Source: Neocallimastix sp. 'constans' (Eukaryota). Taken from it: a DNA stretch of 64,000 nt. The position numbers and the translations under genes are program-made. Positions within the stretch are counted from its first letter, which is position 1. Each line of letters starts with the position of its first letter. A model generated the notes under the pieces. It had not been told where the DNA came from and searched no databases. It saw nothing but the letters and a program-made list of their open reading frames with translations. Below, piece by piece: positions 27,749 to 38,215 of the stretch. The stretch covers positions 496,001-560,000 of the forward strand of contig JBODTK010000102.1 of assembly GCA_050613775.1 (NCBI GenBank), read 5' to 3'.

Positions 27749-29588
27749 TGATACGGGCTGGGGTTGAAACACTAAGATATTCAAAACAAAAAATAAATAT
27801 TAACACATAACTATAAAAATAAATTTGGAAACAAGAAAAAAAATTAAATTTTAAAATATTCTTTATTTAAATTTAAAATTAAAATTATTTGTTCCCCGTA
27901 TTAAAAAGAAAGAAATTTATTCTTCTTTTTATACCTTTATTTTAATACATTTTATTTATTATTAATATATTCTTTATAAAAAAAACTATTATAACTACTT
28001 TATTTTAATTTTTAACTATTATTTTAAATTATTTTTTAAAAAAAAAAAAATAACATTTATTAAATTAAAATATAAAAAATTAATTTAGAGATTGTATCAC
28101 GAAGGGCATTCCGGGCGGTAGCTTCTTGATATTGTTTTTCAGAGAGAGAATTATACAGAATTGATATTTTCTGTATTTTAGATCATTTTTTTATTATTGA
28201 AATTCTGTATTTTAGTTCATTTTTATTTTTAATAAAGATTTAATTTATTTTTGATTTTTGATTTATTTTTAGTTTATATCAAAGGTTTAGAAAATATTAT
28301 ACCGAAACTTATAATTCTGTATTTTATATCAAATATTTATTGAAATAGGTTTTTATTATACTTAATATAAAAATAAGAATTAGTAATGATTTAAATATTA
28401 TATAATTTTTAATAAGAATATTTAGTAATAATTTTTATTATATTTAATATTAATAAAATATTTAATGATTATTTTTATTAGATTTGATATTAATAAAAGA
28501 TTTTAATAAGAATATTTAATAATAATTTTTATTATATTTAATATTAATAAAAGAATTTATAAGAATATTTAATAATAATTTTTATTATTTTTGATATTAA
28601 TAAAAGAATTTATAAGAATATTTAATAATAATTTTTATTATAAAAGATTTTAATAAGAATATTTAATAATAATTTTTATTATATTTAATATTAATAAAAG
28701 ATTTTTATTAGAATATTTAATAATAATTTTTATTATATTTGATATTAATAAAAGATTTTAATAAGAATATTTAATAATAATTTTTATTATATTTAATATT
28801 AATAAAAGATTTTTATTAGAATATTTAATAATAATTTTTATTATATTTGATATTAATAAAAGATTTTAATAAGAATATCTAATAATAATTTTTTTATTAT
28901 ATTTGATATTAATAAAAGACTTTAATAAGAATATTTAATAATAATTTTTATTAGATTTAATATTAATAAAAGAATTTTATAAAAATATTTAGTAATAATT
29001 TTTATTATATTTAATATTAATAAAAGAAATTTATAATAATATTTAATAATAATTTTTATTATAAAAGATTTTAATAAGAAAATTTAATAATAATTTTTAT
29101 TATATTTAATATTAATAAAAGATTTTTATTAGAATATTTAATAATTTTTATTATATTTGATATTAATAAAAGATTTTAATAAGAATATTTAATAATAATT
29201 TTTATTATATTTAATATTAATAAAAGAATTTTATAAGAATATTTAATAATAATTTTTATTATATTTAATATTAATAAAAGATTTTAATAAGAATATTTAA
29301 TAATAATTTTTATTATATTTAATATTAATAAAAGAATTTTATAAGAATATTTAATAATAATTTTTATTATATTTAATATTAATAAAAGAATTTTATAAGA
29401 ATATTTAATAATAATTTTTATTATATTTAATATTAATAAAAGAATTTTATAAGAATATTTAATAATAATTTTTATTATATTTGATATTAATAAAAGATTT
29501 TAATAAGAATATTTAATAATAATTTTATTTTATTATTATTAAGAGTATTTAATAGGAAATACAAGGTATTTAGTGACACCCCGTATCA
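27749..29588. mobile_element. Solo LTR, family D, with internal minisatellite expansion
   Basis: TGATACGGG...CCCGTATCA 9-bp inverted termini; collinear with 20195-21049; AATT TSD. Confidence 0.88.
28410..29525. repeat. ~54-55 bp AT-rich tandem repeat, about 20 units
   Basis: Repeated AATAAGAATATTTAATAATAATTTTTATTATATTTAATATTAATAAAAGATTTT. Confidence 0.9.
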
Positions 29589-31630
29589 AATTGTAAGAAA
29601 TTACTTATAAAATTAATTATAAATAATTTCTTAACTACGAATTAACACTAATTATTACTAATTAACATTAATTTGAGAAAATAAAATTAAATATAATTAA
29701 ATAAATATAAAATAATATAAATAAATAATTATACTTAACTTAAATATACGATAGAGTTTATTATAGAAAGTTTATAATAAACAATAACACAAAAGGAATA
29801 AAAGACACAAATATTTATAAAATACGTTTTATTAAAAAGGGTTTTGTTTATTAATTAATTATTTTATTTGAATTATTATTTATTATAAAAATTCTAAAAT
29901 AATAACTCTTGATTTCTTGAAGAGAACTCAAGAGAATCAAAAATATATAAATTAATAATTAAATATTATTGGTTAAAATAAATACAATAATTTAATGTAT
30001 TAAATTAATGTATTAAATAAGAAAGATAGATAAATTTTATAAATTTATCTAAGTTTCTTACATTGCTCCCTTTACTTAATGAATTTGTATAAATTCATTA
30101 TCATAAAAGAAGTAGTAAGTTTAAAATGAAAATTATAATTAACCAAAAAAAAAATATAAAATTATATAATTTATTGAAAGTTTTGCTAACCTTAACTTTT
30201 TTACATCTAGAGAAAAGATTAGCAGAAAAACTCTAGACGAATCAATATTAAGTAAAACCAATTAACTTGGGAAAACCTTAATATTGTTTTCTAACTAATA
30301 TAAGTGAATAAATAATTATAAATTAAATAAAATAAATATAATTACTAAGTGTATAAATAAATATAAAGTTAAATAAAATGACTATATTATTAAATGAATA
30401 AATAAATATTAAATTAAATAAATTATAATAACTAAGAAATGTAAATGAATTATTAATAAATTTATTTGAATTTCTTACATTGCTCCTTTTCATTTGAATT
30501 ATTCAATGAAAGAAGAACAATTTAAGAAATAATAAATTAAGAAATATTAAAAAGAAATAAAATTTAAATAAAATTAAAATAAATATTTAATTGCAATTTC
30601 AATTTAAAAAATTGAAATTTAAATTTTGAATTAAAATTTATTTTAAATAAATAATTAAATGAACAATAATTTATAAATTTATATTATATATTATATATAT
30701 TTTGTATTAATAAATAAATAAATAATGATAATAATTAATTTTACAATATATATATATTGTATATTATTCATTAAATGAATAAAAATAATAATAATAATTT
30801 GAATTTTAAATATAATTTTTCATATATATTAAATAAATAAATAATAATAATAATTTATAATTTTATATTATATTTATCTTTATATTATTCATTAGATGAA
30901 TAAGTAAGTAATAATTTAAATTATACATATGTATTATTTATTAAATAAATAAATAATAATATTTTATAATTTTTTTTTTTTTTTTTTTTATATATATTAT
31001 ATTTTATATGTATAATTATACAACAAATAAATAAATATAATTTATAATTTAATTATTTACTATTATTACACAGTAAATAAATAAAAGATCATATTTTTAG
31101 TTTATTTACTTTATATAATATTTATTTTTATTATTCAATAAACAAATGAATAATATTAATTTATAATTTTATATTATAAATATTATGTATATCTACTTAA
31201 ATAAATAAATAAATAATAATTTAAAATTTTATAATTTTTATATTATATTTTATTTATAATTTTTTTTTAGTGTATAAGTTTATACATAAATATGAGAATT
31301 ACTCTCATAATATTACATGTAGAAATTAAATATATAATTAATAATAAATTAATTTTTAGACACATTAATGTTTATATAATTAAATAATAATTTAATTTAT
31401 TTATATTATAGATATTTTATTATTTATTAATATATTTTTTATGAAAATAGAACTAAAGAAAAACATATTCATTTAGAAAGCTTTTATACATGAATATTAT
31501 TTATTAAATTAATTGATTGGTTAATATAAAATGAAATATAGTAAATATATTTTAACACTCCTCCTCAAATGTAACTTCGTTTCAATATTACATTTGTTTA
31601 ATTTTAACTATATTTTTTAGAATTAAAATT

Positions 31631-32947
31631 TTAAATCCTCAATTTTATATAATAAAGAATTTCTGAAATTTTCATAAGAGTGTTATTCAGATATTTAGTG
31701 AATCCATCGGCCAAATTATTTTGAGATTGAATATATTCTAATTTTATAAAATTTTTATTTATTATTTCTCTAATATAATGAATTCTTATATCAATATGTT
31801 TTGTCTTCGGATTAATGGATTGATTTTTGCTGTTGAATATGGCAGCTTTGTTATCTATTTTTATTTTAATACATTTAATATTATAATATAATTCTTTCAT
31901 TAAGTTTAAATACCAAATGCAGTGCTTGCCACATTCACTCAGACTATAATACTCCGATTCTGCAATAGATGTTGACACACAGTGTTGTAGCTTGGAACAC
32001 CAGCTAGTTGGTGCGTTGCCCATGGTTACTAAAAAACCTGTTGTTGATCTTCTGGTTTCAGTATCTCCTGCAAAGTCGGCATTAACAAAGGCTTCTATTC
32101 CTAGTTTCCTTGTATAGTTTATCCCGTAACTCGTTGTTACTTTAAGATATCTTAGTATTCGTACGACATTGTTCCAGTCTTCCATATTCGGATTATTTGA
32201 TTTTCGTGCTGCTTTACTTACCGAAAATAGAATATCAGGTCTGGTGCATATAGCAATGTAGAGTAAATTTCCTATTGCACTTCGGTAGGTAGTTTGATTA
32301 AACTTTATATTTCTAAGTTTGTCGTCCGTAATTGGTTTTGTATTCCTTAATGGTTTTTCATTATTCATATTGATTTTCTCTAAAACCTCTATAATGTATC
32401 TTCTTTGATGCATAAAATATCCATTTTTGTGTTTAAAAAATTTTATTCCGATAACGAAATCCACATCGCCAATTTCTTTTATTTTATATTTTCTTTTGAA
32501 ATATTCTTTTATAATTTTAATTTCATTCTCTTTTCCAGCGATTAAAATATCTTCAACATAAATACCGACGATACATAAAATGTTTTTATTTTTATCATTT
32601 TTTACATATATACATGGTTCACTTACCATTCTTCTAAGTCCTATTTTAGTTAAGAATTTATTAATTTCTTTATTCCATTCTCGTCCGCTTTGTTTCAGAC
32701 CATATATAGCTTTGTTTATTTTCCAGAATTTTCTATTAAAATCTTGGTGACCTTCTGGAGGTTTCATATAAATATATTCACTTAATTTGGTATTAAGATA
32801 AGCAGCGTTTATATTAATTTGTTCTATATTAAAATTATTTTGGGCAGCAATTGAAGTTAAAATTCTGATAGAGTCGTGTTTTAACGTTGGTGTAAAAGTA
32901 TCATGAAAATCTATTCCAAATTCTTGGGTAAAACCTCGTGCTACCAA
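31631..32947 (-). CDS. pol: Copia reverse transcriptase / RNase H fragment (probably inactive)
   Basis: LVARGFTQ, KAIYGLKQSGREW, YVED (YVDD expected), FVNADFAG (D to N), STSIAESEY, TKHIDIR, LADGFTK. Confidence 0.9.
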   Translation of the reverse strand: MVARGFTQEFGIDFHDTFTPTLKHDSIRILTSIAAQNNFNIEQININAAYLNTKLSEYIYMKPPEGHQDFNRKFWKINKAIYGLKQSGREWNKEINKFLTKIGLRRMVSEPCIYVKNDKNKNILCIVGIYVEDILIAGKENEIKIIKEYFKRKYKIKEIGDVDFVIGIKFFKHKNGYFMHQRRYIIEVLEKINMNNEKPLRNTKPITDDKLRNIKFNQTTYRSAIGNLLYIAICTRPDILFSVSKAARKSNNPNMEDWNNVVRILRYLKVTTSYGINYTRKLGIEAFVNADFAGDTETRRSTTGFLVTMGNAPTSWCSKLQHCVSTSIAESEYYSLSECGKHCIWYLNLMKELYYNIKCIKIKIDNKAAIFNSKNQSINPKTKHIDIRIHYIREIINKNFIKLEYIQSQNNLADGFTKYLNNTLMKISEILYYIKLRI

Positions 32948-33395
32948 TCTTGCTTTTCTTTTTGCTATCTTGCCATTCGCATTTCTTTTATATTTGAAAA
33001 TCTATCTTGAGGAAATTACATTTGCATTTTTGGGTATATATTTAATTGTATTAAATACATTTAAGTTTTTCATATTACTTAATTCTTCATTTACTACATT
33101 AATTCATTTTTTTCTATCAGTAAAATTTTGAATTTCTTATAATTTTCTGATTCTCTTAAAGTATTTATTGTCTTTCTTCTTTTGTTATTATTTTCATTTT
33201 TTATATTCATAGTTGTTTTTTTATTATTGTTTTCGATATTATTTAATTTAAATGAATTGTTATTAGTCAATAAAGTATTTATAATTTCGTTTCCATTACG
33301 TTGAATATAATTTTTATTGATAATTGTGTTGTCATTTACTCTGCTGCTTTCAATATTATTATTGTTATTGATTATTTTATTGGCTGTATTATCAT

Positions 33396-35126
33396 TTATT
33401 TATTATTATTATCTTCTCTATTTTGGCTATTATTATTATTTTCAATATTATTATTATTAATTCTAATTTTATTATTACTATTATTTGTATTATTATTATT
33501 AATATTATTTGTATAATTATTATTATTATTATTTATATTATTATTATTGATAAAATTATTATTGGTTATGTCATTATTATTAATTTTATTATTGTTTATA
33601 TTATTATTATTATTTGTATTATTATTAATGAAATTATTGTTATGATTATTATTATTGATATTTTCATTGTTATTGTTACTATTATTGTTACTGTAATTAT
33701 TATTTCTTTGTTTTTTGTTATATTTTCTTTTATTCTTAGAATTATTTTTATTGATTATATCTTCGTATATATTTTGTATATTGCTATTATTTAATATTGT
33801 TGAATTTCTTAGGATGTTTTCTGAATTAAAAAATTCATTAGAACTTGGATAATCAATTTTATTTAATCTTTGTTGAATATTATGATTAATGTTATATGTA
33901 TTGGTATCGTATGTATTTTTATTATAGTATGTATTATATGTATTATTTCCCCTGATTTCGTGATCCGGAATAAAATTGGAAAATTCAGGTGAGCATTCTT
34001 TAAGATAACTGTTTCCAGGATTGGATTCGAAAAAAGCAACAGATCTAGATAGGATTATTTTATTAGTAGTAATATCTAAAATTTTGTTAGCTGATGGATT
34101 TTCAGAGTATCCTAGAAAAATCCCTGGTTTAGTATTGTTATCGATTTTAGATCTAAAGACTTTAGGAATAAAGAAATAAACTTTGCATCCAAATACTTTA
34201 ATATTTGAATAGTTGACCTTTGTTTTGTTAATTATTTCATAAGGTATTTTCATATTTATTCCTTTGTGTGGAATGCGATTATGTATATAATTAGCAGTAG
34301 AGGTAGCATCTTCCCAAAATTGGTGACTAAGTTTAGAGTCATTCAGCATAGCTTTGGCGGAATTAATTAGGGTGCCATTGAATCGTTCCACCCTTCCATT
34401 TTGTTGTGGGTTATATGGTACAGTTAGCTGATGTTTGATACCATAAGATTTAAAGAATAAATTAAAATTATTATTGCAAAATTCTGTACCATTATCCGTT
34501 CGAATATATATAATTCTAGTATTATACTTATTTTTAATACTTAAAAACCAATTGTAAAATGAGTTAAAGGTGTCACTTTTAGATTTTAAAAACAAAGTCC
34601 ATCCATAGCGTGAATAGTCATCGAGGATTGTAAAAAGATATTTGTTACCATAAAGTGATTCAGGAAGAGGTCCAACCAAGTCCATGTGAAGTAATTCAAA
34701 TATATGTTTCGACTTATTTATTGCTTGCTTATATGGTTTTTTTTTAAGTTTTGAATTCATACAAATTGGGCATTGATTAACTGGTGTATTAAGTTTTAAT
34801 AATTTGTTTTTAATATGACTAATATCAAAATGACATAATCTTCTATGCCATAAATTTAATATTTTTGCTGCATTTGGTGTAGTGAAATTTATTTCTAAAT
34901 TATTATGTTGATTGTTATTATTATTGAGATTTATTTTATTATTGGAAAACCAAATTTTAAATGTATTAGTCTTGGTTGCAGTGATGTTAACTATTCTTTT
35001 ATCATTGCTATCGTAAATGATTGAATATGATTTATTATTTGAATTATTAAAAACAATTTTATAATTTTCTTTTAGTAATTTGCATATAGATATTAAATTT
35101 TTATTGATGGCTGGAGAGTAGTACAC
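33396..35126 (-). CDS. pol: Copia protease C-terminus, GAG-pre-integrase, integrase, SH3-like domain, then Asn-rich linker
   Basis: LWHRRLCH, HMDLVGP, IRTDNGTEF, PQQNGRVER, FGCKVY, GIFLGY; stop codons separate it from RT. Confidence 0.92.
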   Translation of the reverse strand: MYYSPAINKNLISICKLLKENYKIVFNNSNNKSYSIIYDSNDKRIVNITATKTNTFKIWFSNNKINLNNNNNQHNNLEINFTTPNAAKILNLWHRRLCHFDISHIKNKLLKLNTPVNQCPICMNSKLKKKPYKQAINKSKHIFELLHMDLVGPLPESLYGNKYLFTILDDYSRYGWTLFLKSKSDTFNSFYNWFLSIKNKYNTRIIYIRTDNGTEFCNNNFNLFFKSYGIKHQLTVPYNPQQNGRVERFNGTLINSAKAMLNDSKLSHQFWEDATSTANYIHNRIPHKGINMKIPYEIINKTKVNYSNIKVFGCKVYFFIPKVFRSKIDNNTKPGIFLGYSENPSANKILDITTNKIILSRSVAFFESNPGNSYLKECSPEFSNFIPDHEIRGNNTYNTYYNKNTYDTNTYNINHNIQQRLNKIDYPSSNEFFNSENILRNSTILNNSNIQNIYEDIINKNNSKNKRKYNKKQRNNNYSNNNSNNNNENINNNNHNNNFINNNTNNNNNINNNKINNNDITNNNFINNNNINNNNNNYTNNINNNNTNNSNNKIRINNNNIENNNNSQNREDNNNK

Positions 35127-35223
35127 CTCATTAAGTATTACTTCATTGTTGTTTACATACTCCTTAAATTTTCCTTTATGGACAGCTGTAATTATTTGTC
35201 CATTAGCTAGATTAATTTCTTCA

Positions 35224-36435
35224 TTACATTTTTTTTATGTCTATTAGAAGATTAAGATTGCTTGTGATATTGATTGAAGCACCGGAGTCCAAAATCCAAC
35301 ATGAAAGAAAGTTTTTGTCACTATCTTCATTTAAAAATTCTTTTTCAATGTTGCAGTAATTTAATTCAATATTATTTTCTGTATTACAATCTTTAGTAAA
35401 GGCATCTGCGTATATTGTGTCATAATTACTTGAAGAGGCATCATTAGTGTTCACATAATTAATATCGTTTTGAAATTTTCTTTTGTTTTTAGTTCTTTTA
35501 TTAAATTTATTTTTGTTTTGATTTTTATATAAATTATTTTTTCTGAATTTACATTCATAGAAGTAATGTCCTGTTCTTCCACAATAGTTACATCTTCCAC
35601 TACTCCTTTTGAGACTTTTTCTTTTACCTTTAGTTCTATTATTGTTTCGATAATTCTTGCTCTTTCTTGTTTCAGCATTGAAGAGAACATTATTGTTGTT
35701 TTCCTGAATGGAATTTTTTTCTTTTAAATTAGATAAAACGATATTAGGGATGATTTCCTTAACATAGGTGCAGCATGATTCCCAACTCTTATGTTGAAAG
35801 ACGTTTATCCACCTTAGATCTTCAGGTAAGCATCTATTTAGAATGCCGATTTTTGTATTTATACTAAGGTCATTGTCAATTTTCTCAAGTTCGTCTATTA
35901 AGTTTTGCAAATTGGCAATGAATATATTTATATCGGTCTTGGTGTCAAACTTCATTGTTTCAATTTTGTTTTGGATTTCGATTTTTCTTCTTTCCTTGCT
36001 TTTGGTAAACGATTCTTGGAAGATGTTCCAAATTTGAAAAGCGGTCTTTTCATTTCCATTTATTAGTTTTTGTGTTTGTTCTCCAAGCCCATTTATGATA
36101 ATCCATTTGGCCGTGATGTCGTTAGTTATATCAATGTTTTTAGTGTTCTTTTCATAAACTAACGAACTATCAAATTGATCCTCCGGGTAATCTGTTAATT
36201 CTTCTCTTATATCTCTCTTTCTTAACTTCTTTACAATTGGATGAAGGACATATTTGGTTAATTTATTTATTGTTAGCAAATACAGAATTTTTCTTCTCCA
36301 ACCAGGGTAGTTTTCTGTATTTAGTTCAGTAATTTGGTTGAAATTTTCGGAATAATTAAAGGTTATTCCGTTATGTGTAATATCTTCTCCGGTGAGGTTG
36401 ATAACTTGTTCTTGGTTTCTTCTTCTTCCAGCCAT
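35224..36435 (-). CDS. gag: Copia Gag with CCHC zinc knuckle and protease N-terminus
   Basis: CNYCGRTGHYFYEC zinc knuckle; WILDSGAS protease motif. Confidence 0.92.
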   Translation of the reverse strand: MAGRRRNQEQVINLTGEDITHNGITFNYSENFNQITELNTENYPGWRRKILYLLTINKLTKYVLHPIVKKLRKRDIREELTDYPEDQFDSSLVYEKNTKNIDITNDITAKWIIINGLGEQTQKLINGNEKTAFQIWNIFQESFTKSKERRKIEIQNKIETMKFDTKTDINIFIANLQNLIDELEKIDNDLSINTKIGILNRCLPEDLRWINVFQHKSWESCCTYVKEIIPNIVLSNLKEKNSIQENNNNVLFNAETRKSKNYRNNNRTKGKRKSLKRSSGRCNYCGRTGHYFYECKFRKNNLYKNQNKNKFNKRTKNKRKFQNDINYVNTNDASSSNYDTIYADAFTKDCNTENNIELNYCNIEKEFLNEDSDKNFLSCWILDSGASINITSNLNLLIDIKKM

Positions 36436-37859
36436 TTCGAGTACTTTTGAAATTTAAAATTTTTATTATTGTTTTAAATTAATTATATATTTTTTTTAAA
36501 ATCTCAATTAATAAAAATATTTTAGTAGTTTAAAAAAAAATATTATAATATTTAATTCTGTTAATTTTTATTAATTTATTAGTATTAATTTGTTATATTA
36601 AAAATTCTCATTTTAATTTTTACTTAAATTTGATTTCATTAATTTGTTACTATTTTTATCTCATTTAGTATTGTAATACCAAACTTTAATAAATAAGGCA
36701 TTTATATTATTTAATTTATTATTAATTTTGATTAAATAAAAGGTGATTATTATTTGATTAGATTTTTTATTTTTTATTCATTGATTAGTATTATAAATTC
36801 ATTTTAATATATTTGATATATTATATAATGTAATTTATTCAAAATTTTATTTAATACATATAATTAGTTTTTTTATTATTACTTTAATTTATTTATATTT
36901 TTTTTATATTAATAATATTTTAGTTTCAAATTTATCTAAATACCATCAGTTGACTATTTATTTCTCATCTTGATGATATTAGATTTAATTTAATTTAATA
37001 TTAGTATCATCAGTTGACTATTTATTTCTCATCTTGATGATACTGTGTTTATTTTATTTTAATATTAATATCATCACTTGACAATGAATTTTTCATCTTG
37101 ATGATATCATTTTTATTTTCTTTTAATATTAATATCATCAGTTGACAATAAATTTTTCATCTTGATAATATTAATTTTATTATTTAACAATTTAACTATA
37201 ATTTTATTTATTGTTGATTAAAAAAATCTTTATTTCTTATGGATTTGTTTCGGTAATAAATAAAATACAATAAATAATAAAAATAATAATTTATTAGTTC
37301 TTTGGTTTTATTGAAAGGTAAAAATAGAAAAATTTAATTTATATTATAACTTAACTTTATTTTAATTCAAACTCAATTAGTAGATTGAGACTCTTAATCT
37401 TTTAGACACATTAATGTTTATATAATTAAATAATAGTTTAATTTATTTATATTATAGATATTTTATTATTTATTAATATATTTTTTATGAAAATAGAACT
37501 AAAGAAAAACATATTCATTTAGAAAGCTTTTATACATGAATATTATTTATTAAATTAATTGATTGGTTAATATAAAATGAAATATAGTAAATATATTTTA
37601 ACATTATTTTATTATTTTATAATTATATATTAATAAATAATTTAAATAATTAAATTTTATAATTTTGTCAACAAATAAACCATAATAAATGGTTTAACAG
37701 AAAGCATTATCATTCAATCTAAATTGAACGGCTTCTGCTACTGGTGTTAGTGTTACACCTGTTGACCATTCTACATGTTAAATTATTATTTATTTATAAT
37801 TATTTTATTTATTTATTTATTTATTACTTACTATTTGTTATTTATTTATTTATTATTTA

Positions 37860-38215
37860 TTTATATTATTATTATTATTATTATTATTATATTATTATTA
37901 TTATTAAAATTACTTATTATTTGAAATTATTTAATTATTAAAAATAAAAATTTCAAATACTTATCTTTTTTAAATTATTTATTTATTTATTTAATTTATT
38001 TTGTTTATTTTTGTTTTTGTTTTTTGTTTTTGTTTTTGTTTTTTGTTTTTGTTTTTTGTTTTTGTTTTTGTTTTTATTTTTGTTTTTGTTTTTTTTGTTT
38101 GTTTGTTGCTTATTTTATTTTATTTTATTTTATTTTATTTTTTTTTTTTTTTAATAAGAAAATATATATATATAATGTATATAATGTATATAATGTATAT
38201 AATGTATATAATGTT
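37860..38215. repeat. Simple repeats (ATT)n, (TTTTTG)n, (ATAATGTAT)n inside element K
   Basis: Directly visible; they explain the low-complexity ORFs at 37744-38269. Confidence 0.9.

Larger units (their letters stand above)
31354..37603 (-). mobile_element. Full-length Ty1/copia element, family 1 (204-bp LTRs 31354-31557 and 37400-37603), pol interrupted
   Basis: Gag-PR-IN-RT-RH domain order; LTRs differ at one position I could see; PPT GAGGAGGAG (31558-31566); PBS 37386-37399; flanks TTAAT/TTATT. Confidence 0.95.

Noticed and set aside
28410..29525. Regular repeat array resembling a CRISPR
   Set aside because: Units are contiguous with no unique spacers, lie inside an LTR, and there are no cas genes; context is eukaryotic.
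33301..33794. Hydrophobic Ile/Leu-rich ORFs on the plus strand
   Set aside because: Antisense translation of the AAT-rich Asn linker of copia pol.
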